DNA of 57,185 nt from Ancylonema sp. (Eukaryota). The stretch covers positions 1 through 57,185 of the forward strand of contig JBFLGF010000164.1 of assembly GCA_050230475.1 (NCBI GenBank). The letters run 5' to 3'. A program made the position numbers and the translations under genes. Below, in pieces: positions 39,404 to 52,827 of the stretch. Position 1 is the stretch's first letter, and every line of letters begins with the position of its first letter. The notes beneath the pieces are model-generated. The model saw only the letters and a list, made by a program, of their open reading frames with translations. It had not been told where the DNA came from and did no database searches.

Positions 39404-42400
39404 ATGGCCGCAGCCGCGTCCCTATTCTCCCTTCCACATCTTTCTGATTGGGCGACATGGACTCCTGCCGTAATATCTGCGGCGCTGCTTTTGCCACTCT
39501 CCATTTCGGTCTACTTCTTTTTTACAGCCGCTACAAGGACCAACTTTCCGCACATCCAGGGCCCCAAGTGAGCCCAAATGAGTCCTAGAGGCCAAGGAGT
39601 CAGGTCAAGAAATCACTACATGGAAGCATGTGCATCTCTTTACGTATGCTGGTAGAAGGGAAGTCATGGCCTTCCATGACCTCAATCCCAAGAGCATGAC
39701 TTGAAACTTGAAAAAGCTACAGTGCAGCATGTTCTGGTTTTATTCTTTGCTGTTGTAACCATTATAATTTGTTCGCCTTCTGTCCTGAAATCCCAGCACC
39801 TAGTCTGCCTTGTTGATTTTCCAGGAAAAACAATCGCATTCTATTCGGTATCTCCACCTCTGATGTATATAATCCCCTTTCATCCTCCAACCTTCTCATG
39901 CATTTCCAATGTCACAGGCGGGATTCGTTCGACGGCAATCTGAAGGAATTGCGACAAAAAGGGTTCCTGACATGTCACAAGGAGTGGATGCAGAAGTTTG
40001 GTCGAGTCTTCACCTACTCGTTCGGAAGCATGGTCAGTCAAACACAAAACTCAAGACAAAAAACAGAAAACACACAGCACTTAACACTTGTCATTTACGA
40101 TTTCTCTTCATTCATCATGAAGCCAACAGGTCTTCAGGCTGTATTTGCTCCCGATTCGGCATTGCAACTCCACAATCCTGACCCTCGTCATAACGCCACG
40201 TATCCCAACGTCTGTCCATGTGTGGTGACGTCATCAGGAGTACTTGTGCATCAGCGACCCAGAGCTGGTGAGCGAGCTGATGATGAAGAAGTTCAAGAGC
40301 TTTCAGGACCGCCCCCTGCCCCCACTCATCAAGAAAGAAAACCTGAAGGCGCTCGCGTTTGCGCAGTGAGCCCACACAAACCAACAAACCAATCACAGCG
40401 CAAAGCAGGGTAGAGCAGTACGGCATTTTTATCTGACAAGGAGAGAAGGGGGGGGGGGGTCCCGATCTGAAGGCATTTAGTCCTGGAACTTACACACATT
40501 CCCCACCCATTTTGCACCACCCTACCCCCCACCCCCCGCCCCCCACCCCCCATCCCCCACCTCATTCACTTTTTTTTTTCCCACACCACCATACAAACAT
40601 ACAAACATACAAACATACAAACATAAAAACATACACACATACCATCACACACCATCCGACTCAGAATCCAAACCTCATCCCCCCCCCTCTCTCTCCCCCC
40701 CCTCCCCCAGGGGCTCCTACTGGGCGAGTGCTCGTCGCGCAGTGGTTCCCATTTTCCACACGGATAAGCTTCGCAACTACGGGTCGGTCATGCACAGGTG
40801 CTCACAAACGATGAAGGACAGACTGAGGGAGGCGGCGGGGAAGGGGGAGGCAGTCAATGTTGCGCCGCTCATTCAGGTGAGTACAACAGAGGACATGAAT
40901 GGGGCAAAGATGATGTTTTCTTTGTTTCCTAACGGATCGGTCCCGATCGGTTTATGTTTTTTTTTTTTTTTTTTTTTTTGGTTCCAATTGTTCCAATTTC
41001 CAGCCCCCCTGTATTGTCATCTGCCTGCGAGATGACCAAACGAAAACAGAAATGAGTCGTGCAATGAAATGACTCGTGAAGTGTGATTTTTCCATGTCAT
41101 TCACGCCCTCCTCTCCTCCCCTATCTCCCCTCCAGGAAATGGCGATCGACATCATCGGCGAAGCAGCTTTCGGCATCGAGTTCAACGTACAACAAGGCCA
41201 ACAGGTGACACTCCTCCCCCCCCCTCCCCCCCCCTCCCACCCCCACCCTCCCCACCCTCCCCACTCCTTCCCCCCCCCACCAATTCCCTCCCATACACTT
41301 CAAATACCCCCCTAATTACCCTCTCAAACCCTCCCCCCTCCCCCACCCCCCCCCAGGGCGAGCTCGCCTCCGTTTTGACCCAATACGCCCTCGGCAGCAG
41401 CAAGATCCGCTTCAGCGTCCTCGTCTCCATGTACTGCGGACGGTTCATGGGGACGGTGGCGGAGACGGTTATGAAGCGGTTGCCCTGGAGTGAGGATGCA
41501 GGGGTGGGGAGGAAGATGGGGGTGCTCATGAGAGAGACGGGGAAGCTGGCAAGGGAGAGGAGGGAGGAGGGGGAGGGGGCGGAGAAGAGGAATGACTTGC
41601 TGACGTTGCTGGCGAGGTGCGGGGGGGGGGAGGGAGGGGGAGGGATGGGGGTTTTTCCTAGTCTTTCTTTCTTTCTTTTTCCTTCCTCTTCTTCATCAGG
41701 ATTTTTATTATTATTATTATCACTGTTTTTTTGTTGTTGTCGTCGTTACTAATGGCACCATTGGAGTCCTTCTCTCTTTTACTTTCATCAGTATCATCAT
41801 TGACTACTTTTAACATCATTATCTTCATCATCATTATCATCCTCACCATCATTATATTCAAAATTATACCATTTAGAACATAAAATACTTCCTAGAAATG
41901 TATACCGTCCTGTGCCCCCCCCCCAGAGCCCGCACCAAAGACAGTGCCGAGCGCGAACTAGCCAACGATGAGGTGGCGGCGATTTGCGCCGAGTTCATGC
42001 TGGCAGGGTCGGATACTTCTGCCAGCACCACCACTTTTGCCACCTACTTTATGTGCACCCACCCGCACGTGCGGGAGAAGATGGTGGCAGAAATCGATGC
42101 GTATTTCGAGGAGCTGGGGGGGGAGGAGGAGAGGGGGAAGCCCACGTTTGATGAACTGGACCAGTTTCCGTATTTGGAACAGGTGGGGGGGGATAGAGAA
42201 AAGATTGTGTATGCTTTTTTTTTTCAATGTTATCCTTGCATGTCCGAATAGATACCCCACTTCCCTCTCCGGACACCGCATTAAAACCCCCAAAATCGTC
42301 ATCCCGCCGTCTCACCCTCCTTACCCCCCCCCCCCCGAACCCCCCTCAACCTCAACCTTCCCCCCCCCCCCCTCCCCTCCTCCCCCCCTCCCCCCCTCCC

Positions 42401-43187
42401 CCCCTCCCCAGGTGGTTCGTGAGACTCTCCGCTTCTACCCAACCGCCGCCACCCTGAGTCGGAAGCCCAAGGAGAGGAGCGTGTTGGGCGCAATCAACGT
42501 ACCCGCGGGGCAAACCATGACGGTGTCCATTTTTGCCATGCACCACAACCCGGAGATCTTCCCGGAACCGGGTAACAAACGGTTAACAAACGGTTGCTTT
42601 TTACCGATGGGACAATCGAGGTTGTCGCCTTTTTTTTTTTTTTATAAGTCTTTTAAAATAATATTATTATAAATAAATTGGTTGGCATTAACTTTGGTAG
42701 ACCCTAGTTCCGTAGTGACGTGTATGTTGGTGTCGATTTTGGTAAGTTGACATCTTTGCGATTTAGCAAATCTGAGAATTTGGGAAAGTCGGGAAGATAG
42801 CAATCTGGCAATGTGGAAAATGAGGCGAGTGGCGAAATACGCTCGGAATGTGCCAAGGAAATTCAGATATTGAGTATGATTTTTCGATGTCCAATTTTAA
42901 TGGACGCAGAGTCATTTCGTCCGGAGAGGTTTGACCCAGACTCAGAAGAGGCCCGAGCCCGCCACCCCTACGCCTACATCCCCTTCGGCGGTGGGCCCCG
43001 CATGTGCGTGGGGACCAAATTCGCGCTGGAAGAGGCACGGATTGCGCTCATCGTCATGTTCCGGAACTTCACTTTCACTCTTGACGAAACGAGGATGCCG
43101 AGCGATCACACGGATCTGGAAATCGAGGCCGGCATTGTGTTGAAGCCCAAGAAGGGAGTGTGGGTGAAAGTTGCTTTGAGAAAGTAG
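39404..43187 (+). CDS. Cytochrome P450, CYP711 clan (MAX1-like), copy B; 9 exons, 531 aa, apparently intact
   Basis: Exons 39404-39567, 39918-40032, 40238-40365, 40711-40876, 41136-41204, 41357-41616, 41927-42182, 42412-42571 and 42910-43187 total 1596 nt. N-terminal membrane anchor, DIIGEAAFGIEF, I-helix LAGSDTSAST, FPYLEQVVRETLRFYP and FRPERFDP...RHPYAYIPFGGGPRMCVG closely resemble CYP711A motifs. Confidence 0.93.
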
Positions 43188-43529
43188 GGTTTCTATTTTC
43201 AATTTCCTTTTTTTTTTCGTTTTCGTAGTGGAATATCGCATTGGTTTGTCGTGGTGATTGTGTGTGGTATCGAATCTTTCGATCAACCAAGTGTGTGAAG
43301 TTTTGTAGAGACACGTAGGATTAGAAGTACGTTTTTTTGGTTGTTGTAAATTTGTACATTCAACGACTCACGTTTAGTACACAAGGTGTTAAATTGATAC
43401 TTGCTTCTGGTGTTGGACTAGTTATCGAGTTCACCTTTTTTTTGTACACCTTTTGTTTTGTAAAAAATCTTGTGTGATTGGTGACATGATCTAGCTCGAA
43501 CACTCTGAATGCCCGCTGGCATGACATAT

Positions 43530-43612
43530 GTCCGTTCGACTTTTTCACAACATTTCAACAAAATGCCTTTTAAAATTTCTCGTGAAATGTTGTGAAATGT
43601 TGTCGAACGGAC
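43530..43612. repeat. Short inverted-repeat (hairpin) element
   Basis: GTCCGTTCGAC...TTCACAACATTTC at the left and GAAATGTTGTGAA...GTCGAACGGAC at the right. The CACAACATTT motif recurs at 43810-43995 and about 49440. Confidence 0.55.
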
Positions 43613-44289
43613 TTATTTTTTGCGAGCGGGAAGACCGACGTGGACCTCAGAACTTGTGTTTTTTTTGAATTATTGACCCCATTATAAATAGTTTTCACAA
43701 AATTGGTCCCGCCGCTGTAAGCATTCATTTCGAATCGGATCCGATACGTTTTCTTCTTTAAACCGTGAGTTCAGGATAATGTTGTCAACGCGTTGAACAT
43801 TTAAGATTTCACAACATATTTAGAAAGGGTTCGGGATTTCCTTCTGAAAACGTACACTAGGCATGCCAGCGCATTGAATTTAGAATACGTGGCGGTGCCC
43901 ACGCGGACGAAATTGCGGGTTGACATTTCACAACATTCCCTCGAGCGGCTATGGCAAGGGTGTTGTGAAATCTTGTGGTGCTTTCTGTTGCACAACGTTT
44001 CAAAACATTTTTCCTTTGAATAGAGGAAGTTCGTCGGACAAGTTTGGCCGATTCATATTCAAAGTGGGGGAGTATGAGTCGGGCGCAATTTGGGGTCACA
44101 TCGCTATTTTTCCTTTAATTAGCTCTCTATGAAGAACTAAGTTATGCATTCGTTCGTCATTCTTTCGGTCCGTACTGTTTCCGTGCGTACATCTGTACTT
44201 TTTTGTACTTTTTTTGGACGATGGATGGTACTGTGGCGTCCCGTGATCCCGGGGGAAAAAAAAACTTTAACAAATATACAAATCTAATT

Positions 44290-45195
44290 CTCTGGCTGGT
44301 TGGCTGGCTGGTTGGCTGGCTAGCTCGCTCGCTGGCTGGCTGGCTCTTTTTCAGTTTTTATTATTCATTAAAAATTAATTCTATCACTAATTATATGTAA
44401 ATTCTTCTACACAATTGCTGGCATGCTGGCTGGCCAATTAGCTGCGTGGCAGGCTGGCCGGTTGGCCGCTTCAGACATCTGCAAGATGTTTGAATCCAAA
44501 CCCGCTTCTGGTCCGCTCTGTGGAAAGATTTGTGGAAAGAAAAGCAAGATCCGTGGATTAGAAGTTAGGGCCACAAAAATATTACCCTGGAGAGCATATA
44601 CAGTGTATACATTACACGTAGACAAAAAAGCTCAGGCATACTTTCTAAGGTGGCAAGGTGGCACTCGATTCAAAAAACAATGACTCAATTTATTTGATAG
44701 ACATCTGGGCTGCCGCAATCTTCACGCGTATAAAAATAGCCTGTGCGTAAGAGGCCAGCCGTAATGCATCGTAAATCAAAATGAGCACGAAAGAACAGCA
44801 GGGGCAAAAACCGCATGGTCAAAGAGACCGAGAGGAGACAGCGAGCGAGAGGATCATGGCGAGAGAGAAACTGGCAGGCTGGGTGGCTGGTATGATAGTT
44901 GGCTGGCTGAGTATCTGGCTGGTATAAGTCGCGAATCGCAGCAGTCGCAGCAGACCTGCGTCAAAGCAGATATGGATTGTACGGTTTGGTACCTGACAAA
45001 CGGAATTGGCAGAATTTGCAAAATTGGCTGACTGGCTGGCTAGCTGACTGGTTGGCTGGCTCGCAATCGCAATCGCAAATTCTAGCAGCAGTAGCAGGCG
45101 CAGTCGTAAGCCAAAATTTGCAGTTTCGAAATTGATGCGTTCATTTCACGCTTACCTTAGTTCGCTGGCTGGCTAACCGCATCGCTTGCTAGCTG
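44290..45195. repeat. Degenerate (GGCT)n-rich low-complexity region, followed by a GA-rich tract
   Basis: Repeated ctggctggttggctggct blocks at about 44290, 44420, 44870, 45025 and 45165. Confidence 0.6.
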
Positions 45196-45465
45196 GCTTG
45201 TCCCAGTCGAAAATCGCAGTAGTAGACGCAGGTGTATTTGCGAGAAAGAGAGAGAGAGAGGGAGCGAGGGAGAGAGACTGAGTGAGAGAGGGGGAAAGAG
45301 ACGAAGCGTCGGCTACGGGAAAATAAGGAAAGTTTCTGAACCTGAACCTGAACCGAAGCTTAGTCGGCCGGCAGAATCGGCTGCGCCTACCGCTAACGGT
45401 TGGTCGCCGCAAAATATAGCAAACCGCAGTTGCCTGCGTGGCGGGTTTCGACGGACGCACCTGTC

Positions 45466-47006
45466 TAGGGTTGGGCAACCTTCAAAACTATTGCAATTTA
45501 AGACCCTTAATTAAGGTTTTTAAGTTAAGGTTTTAAACCCCTTGGATTTTCGGACCCTTAAAATGTGGTCCCTTAAAAATGCCACTTAACCACTAAGGCT
45601 ACTGATCGTCTATTTCTCTCGGCGACCTTGTTCCTTAGCGGCTCTTTGTTTGCACATCTGTCAGGCAATGAGTTCTTAGTGGGACCAGAGATCATCAAAT
45701 GTCGGGTGCCGAGTTCGTTGATGCTTTTTAGATGCTTCGTCAAACTCCTGCCTCACGAAGAGGGGGAAGGCCAGTGGGCCCTATGTGGGAACACTTCATG
45801 AAGTTGGAGAAGAAGAACAAAGTTCATTGTTGGGCGTCATGTACCTCATGCATGAAGGCGGGTACGTTGGACGGAGTTTATATGTGTATTTCCAAACTGG
45901 GTTGTCTTCGCCGTCGCTTTATTGTTGTCATGTCGAATATCGTCGCCTTCGCAACATGTACTAATTCGAAACCCGGGGAATGCAGGCGGAGAAACAAGAG
46001 TCGGGGGGGGCGATGAGAGCATGAAGGCGCACATTCGAACCTGATCCAATCTTCCATCAAGGCGACCCAGAATCGCATGTGTCCCCCTCGGTCGTCGAAG
46101 ACCAAGAAGGGTTTGATGCTGTTTTGAACGAGATGTTTCATGAGCTTGAGTTAGGAGGATTATAAGACGTAGTTGTCGAAGCTAGCGTCCAGAATGTTTC
46201 ACAAGTGATTGGGGAGACGAAATTGTCAAAAATATTTGGGCCGCTATCGGTCTAGAATGACACAAACGCGGACACCGTTTAGGGACAAGAGTACGTGGGT
46301 AAACATGATTTTATCGTCCTTGAGCCCTAGTTTGTCGTTTAATCGAATGCTTTTCGTAATTCAAGAGTTGTTATTTAAGGATCCAGAGTCTATCGATTAC
46401 AAGAAAATGCATTTGTGGGGTCTTTCTGTGCTCTCGAGAACGAGGGTGCATGTGTTTGCAAGATGGTATAACACATTTAGAGTGTAAGTTCTATTTCAAG
46501 AGTTTTTGTTTTTGTTTTTAGACTCGCCTTATGAAGATCGATAGTCATTTCCTTCTCAGGATGAGATGGAAGTGAGAGCAAGAGTATTTGTGATGTCATT
46601 TTGTTGTCTACAAACATTATTATGCCTTTTATCACTATTTATCCACATCGTGGAATTGCTTCAAGACATAGTGGTTATGGCTACCAACTGAGTCGTCGCT
46701 TTCCTTAGACATGTATGTGCATGAGAATAACAAAGATGTATGAAGAGATGATATACAATGACAACTCACAATAGTTTACACACATCAATGAGGGTTTGCA
46801 AATCAACATATATGATTTTATGTGAAAAGTTGTTTTTTTAATTTATAATTGACACTATTTAAGGTCGCCAATGAGTTCAGTGGTCTGCTCTGGCTCCGAA
46901 AACACCTCTTTGGTGGGTTATTAACAAGTTAAGGTTTTTAAGATTTAAAGTTCTCAAGGTTATAAATGGATCAAGGGGGTTTTAAAGGCTTTAAAACCCA
47001 ACCCTA
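45466..47006 (+). mobile_element. hAT deletion derivative with a BED zinc-finger remnant (45732-45860)
   Basis: TIRs TAGGGTTGGG / CCCAACCCTA. TSD CACCTGTC / CACCTGTA (7 of 8 match). GGRPVGPMWEHFMKL...HCWASCTSC resembles the N-terminal BED finger of hAT transposases. Confidence 0.88.
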
Positions 47007-48254
47007 CACCTGTAATCAACAAAAATAACGCCCGGACAGGGCGGACTACCCGATGCGGGCCGGGCTTTCTATTACCGCCCGGGCAAAACTACCGCCCGGC
47101 AGAAATATGGAGCAGAAAACTCAAGTTTGAAGTCAATACTGCAATTGATTGGCACCACCAATATGATATGATTAATATTTTTACAAAAAACCCGAAAAAA
47201 AACCCAAAATAAAAACCGTGCAAAAAAACTTTAATCCAAACAATAAAAATAGAGACGATTCTTAAAGACACATAGAGTCGGACTTACATTAAGTTAAAAT
47301 ACAAAATAGTGATAAAAATATATGTAATAAAAAAAAAAGACAAGGCAATATAACCCGACAACGAATAAAATAAAATACAGTATTGTAAAAAAGGTTATCT
47401 AAGCCAATGGAATCTTTATAAGAGCGATATATCATTACTTCAAAAAAAAACATAAATAGAAAGTAACAAATTAAAAAAAACAAACATGAAAATACTCGAA
47501 GGAAAAGTCTCTCAAAAAAAAACTTCATTTACTTTCAAAAATTGCGATTCAATCACAAACAAAGAAATGACAGTAAGGGGGGATAAAAGAGAAAAGGCCT
47601 ACGTCTTAGTATAACAAAAAAAGGTACCAAAAAAAAAAAAAAAAACATACAAACGAACATAAAAAAATAATAGCGAATATAACAACGGAACTCAATATGC
47701 ACGAGAAATGAAATGAATAACATTGAAGTACGATGAGACAAATAATGCATAATTGATTCAATATACATATAAAAATCCAAATCCGCCAACACATAATAAA
47801 CATGATACCATGGTGAAAGTTCATATCCCATAATGAAAACATAGATCGAGTTAAAATATAATAAGAAAATGAAAAAATAGCTAATTAATAAGAAAAAAAC
47901 AAAAAACAAAACACAAAAGCAACAAAAAAAGACCCCCGTTAAAATGGGGGAAAACAAAATATTAAAATCTACCATTCAATGATTATAACGAGAAAAAAAA
48001 ACTCCATTACAAAAAGGTAACGTTAACATTAACAAAGACGGAAAAAAATACTCGCAACATAGAGCATAAATATCACAATTCAAACAAATAAAATTTGGAC
48101 GACGGAATGGCCTACAATGTTATTATCAAATAATAAAAATGAAATTCGGCAAGACCCGCCTACACGGGGAGAGCTAAGTCCCATGGTGCAACCATTCCTT
48201 TCCAGTTGTACATAAACCATTTGATGTTGGTTTCAGAAAAATATTCAAAAACTT

Positions 48255-48745
<491 letters not shown>

Positions 48746-50301
48746 TAAAAACAAATATCACAAAGTAAAGCAAACAAAAGACAAGCCATTTGCCATACCG
48801 ATGTTTGTCATGCGGTTTTACTTCAAAAAAAAAATTACAAGGCATTATCAAATAATGTGATGAAGACAATTTAGTTTGTAGGTTTGGTGGAAAACTAAGT
48901 CTAAAACAGAGTAAGTCGAACAACAAATAAACTTCTAAAATCAAGCCAGAACCAATAATACTACTCAACTCAAACTAGCTTAACATATACGGATAATAAT
49001 CGATATAACGAATTGATAACGAGAATAATCGAGAGCTAAGTCTAGTGGCTGTGCCACTTCTTGTTTTTGAATTATTTCGACGTCACAATATAAAGTTTTA
49101 TAGCAAATCTGAAAGCCCTTCACAAGGCAAACAAAATTCATATCTCCGATTTGAAAGTAGAGAAGAGTTGATCTCGGGCGATAAATCGTGGCCTGATGGT
49201 CCCGTCAAAAGTCAAGAAGCATCGCCCCGGTAGTGATGTCCAGGGGCGGGAGGGGCGGGTACGGCCGTTAAATATGATTGAACTTAACGGCGCCCAATTC
49301 CCAGAGGATCGATTTTACTTGATACAACGGAACTACTATCCATACACCGAAACTTGAAAAATAATCCAGCGCGACAGAAATGACAGGCTAGCGGCGGAAA
49401 ACTTGGGCGCCGGGCGCGGTTTTGTGAAAAAAATGTTCACAACATTTCACAAAAAAATTAGGAAGGCCTGTAGAGAGTGAAGTAAAATGATTGGCGGGCT
49501 GAGCTTTGGCTCAGGGCACAGGACACGAGATCACCTCGTGGCACGTGATTGGCGGGTTCCACTTAGGTTTCTGGTAGGCCCGACGCGTGTCCGTCAACTG
49601 TTCGGGCACACAGTAGTCGAGAACGTCAGAAGTACGTCGTCTTGAGGAACGCTCGAACACCAGCTTGTGACCTGACTTGTGCTGCGACGTTATGATCACT
49701 GCCTGAAAATACTGATCTGTCTGGCAACACCACGAGGGTACATCTAGTGACATAATCTAGTGCGATCCTATTTTGAAGAAGAGACAAAAGAAGTCGATCA
49801 AGCTGTAAGTGATTGATGCTAGAAAACGTACGTTACCTGTCCTCGTTCTTGAGCTTGAACATTTTTTTTTTTCGACTTCATACACTGTCTTTTTTTCCCT
49901 TCCACAAATGCAGCGTTCCACGCACTTGGCAATCGGTGCCAGATGACACCGTCCGGTATTACTTTCGCTGGCTACTGTGTATAAGTAACCAGACGACAGA
50001 CCGATCATAGATTCGCATTGACCATTGTGACTTATTTCCTGGACGTGGCTTGGACCATTTATTTACGAAATCGGACCTTGCATGACTTCTCGTTGGCCTT
50101 GAGGCCTTGAGGTCTGACCTTGCTAGATGTAGGAAGTAGCTGCCTAAGAATTCACGAGAATATTTCGTTGTGGGGATATAGCACAGAGGATAAGAAATTA
50201 TTTTCCTTCTCTTTGTCGTGCAGGACTCCCTGACTTCGCCAACAAAAGTGTCGAACACTGTCAGCAGTGCATTCAAAACCTGTCCAACGATTCCTTGTGA
50301 C

Positions 50302-52827
50302 ATGACCTCCATCGGCCCCTTCAGTCCGGTTCTACCCCAGCACCTTCCTCTTCCTCCTGCTCGGAACCCGTTGTCTACCTCCAGGCTTCTTGGAACTCAA
50401 CCACTCCCCCTCAGTGTGTCTTTAAGCCTCAAAAAGGCGTTGCTTCTCTGCACCGCTGTACGCTGCCAAGCAGAGTTTGATGCAGGAAGCCAAGACACAT
50501 TGGTTGATGAAGTAGTAGCCACTATTCCTCAAGTTTTTCAGGGCCTTCCGGGGCTACAGCAGCTGGTGGAGGCCACCTTGGTCGACGCTCGGCCAATCAC
50601 CGTTGACGAGGCTCGCACAGGATGCACCACTGACTACTGCTATGGAGTCGGCCACATTTTGCTTGGTATCGATATTGGTGGTACAACCATCAAGGCTGCA
50701 CCAGTAGACATCCGGACAGGGGCTCTTGTAGAGCCCCGACATGTAATCGATACTCCGCAACCTGCCACCCCTGAGGCTGTAGCAGGTGTGATCAACGAGA
50801 TGTGCGAACATTTCCGCGTGAGCACATCAGAAAATTTGTAAATAGAATCATTTGCATTCAAAATCACAGTCAGACGACTTCTGTACCATGCATGTCTTGT
50901 GGACTCAAGGGCGGTGTCCTCTTTCCGATTTTCGGAGGATAGAATCTATGTTTACACTTATAGTTTAGAACTTCAGTTGTGGTGATGCCTTTAATGCCAC
51001 ACAACCTTCAGGCTTGTCTACAGTGTTGGTTCAAGTTCGCCACCCATTGTTTAAGCTTTTCTGTACCGGATTCAGCTGAAGTGCATTTATCTGCCCGTTA
51101 CCAGAGCCTTTGACCTGTGCTTACTTCCGTGAAGATCCGTGTTTGACAAGTCTACATTTGTGGCGTGTGCAGTGGAGAGGGGGCGTTGGTGTGGGCATTC
51201 CGGCAGTGGTTCGAGATGGCACTGTGATGACAGCAGCCAACAGTAAGAGTGTCATATGGTATTTATTTTTGTGGGTATACTAAAATGGTGTTATGAGGAA
51301 GGAATTGCAGAGATTTGCTGATATGACAGCCCTAGAGTGCTTCACAGCAGAACAAGTAACAATTCTACTTATGGACAACAGGGAGAGGTTGTCATGACCT
51401 TCTCACATAACAATTCACTTGAGAGAAAGGGGAAAGGAATGGATCAGGTTCTACCGGCTCAAAAAGATAACAGATACTGTCACACCTGGATCGAGAAGGC
51501 GCATGTTTTTTTTATCGTAATAGATGACTCTTACTCTTCTTAAAGAATGCCAAAATAGGTTTCTTACAACAGAAAGTCTCTAATAACGAGTATCTTTTGT
51601 ACGGTACTTGGTGTGTAGTTGACAAGAGCTGGATCGGCAGCAACGCCGAAAAGTTGTTTGAGGAAGCATCAGGGATCAAAATGGCAGTCGTGAATGACGC
51701 GGATGCTGCGGGATATGCAGAAATGGCTTTTGGGGCGGGGAGCGGGGTATAAAAAACGAAATGCATTGTCATGATGGTGACGTTCGGGACAGGGATTGGG
51801 ACTGCCATATTTGTGGATGGGATCCTGGTACGGCTCCGACTCTAGTTTCCTTAGGGTTGTGTGCACTGCTGAAGGTGTGGATGGTCACTGAGATGGGACA
51901 TTGAAGTGAAAGAAAGATAAAGGGATGTACGTTTGTGCTCAACTTGTTTGGAGACGGTTCAACAAATCTGCGAGTTGGAAGGGTGTAGGTCTTATGGTAT
52001 TCAAGAAGAAATCTCTCTTATCTTACTTTTTGTGCCGTCATTGCAAATAGGTCCCCAGTATTGTTTACCACCCACACCTAGGCTGTTGTTTCACAGAAGT
52101 GCTTAAGAACGGAGTCAATGATCAAGTAAGAACACAGAATGCAGATGCACTCCTTTTGGTCACCCAATCGAGTACCGTCGTTTGTAGGCACTCCTTTGTA
52201 TCAATATACCGTCCATGGAGGCACCTTAACATTGAGGACAGAGTTATGAGTCCCAAAAGTTGTACTTTTTGCGAAGGTGCACCGTCCATATAGGTACTTC
52301 CAATTCCATGCAGTGATAGTGTGTCTATAGAGATGAACGCATGTACCAATTTCGCCTCCCCCCCTACCAGGTTCCCAACCTTGAGCTTGGACACGTGGAG
52401 CTGGATGGTCAGGAGGCGGAGAAGGCGGCTGCGGGCGTGCTGGTGAAGCTGAAGAGCTGGTCCTGGGAGCAGTGGGCAAAAAAAGTGGAGTGGTATCTCA
52501 CATACGTGGAGAAGCTCATGTGGCCCACACTATTTGTGAGAATACAGAACAGTACTCGGCACTAGTAACACTATCTGGAAGTAGCCGGGGAATGTTTGTA
52601 GCGGTGTGATGGTGGAAGTATCAGAAGTATCAGCAGCTGAAGGCAGGCAGGATAGAAGAAAGGATGCTGGAGCGTGCATATCTTACGTACAGTGTGTGCA
52701 AAATTCTTGCAAGGACGGAGGGGCTGGGGGGGGAAGGAGGGGTGTGGAGCTTGTATGTGTTACTAATGTGTTTGTGGATGTGGGGGGGCAGATTATTGGG
52801 GGAGGGGTTAGCAACGCACATGAAGAG
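50302..52827 (+). CDS. ppgK: Polyphosphate glucokinase-like ROK sugar kinase with putative plastid transit peptide; at least 5 exons, last exon(s) not located; in-frame TAA at 51750-51752
   Basis: GT-AG exons 50302-50817, 51173-51242, 51619-51827, 52371-52535 and 52792-52827 join in frame. Translation: [16 protein letters not shown]...[11 protein letters not shown] / [30 protein letters not shown] / [17 protein letters not shown] / [34 protein letters not shown] / [10 protein letters not shown]...[17 protein letters not shown]. These are all characteristic of bacterial PpgK. The start ATG is inferred. Confidence 0.88.

Noticed and set aside
47089..47975. Hydrophobic F/I/L-rich minus-strand ORFs
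   Set aside because: They are a by-product of A-rich low-complexity sequence.
50302..52827. ppgK as bacterial contamination
   Set aside because: It is split by canonical GT-AG introns, has an N-terminal extension, and is embedded among repeats shared with the rest of the window.
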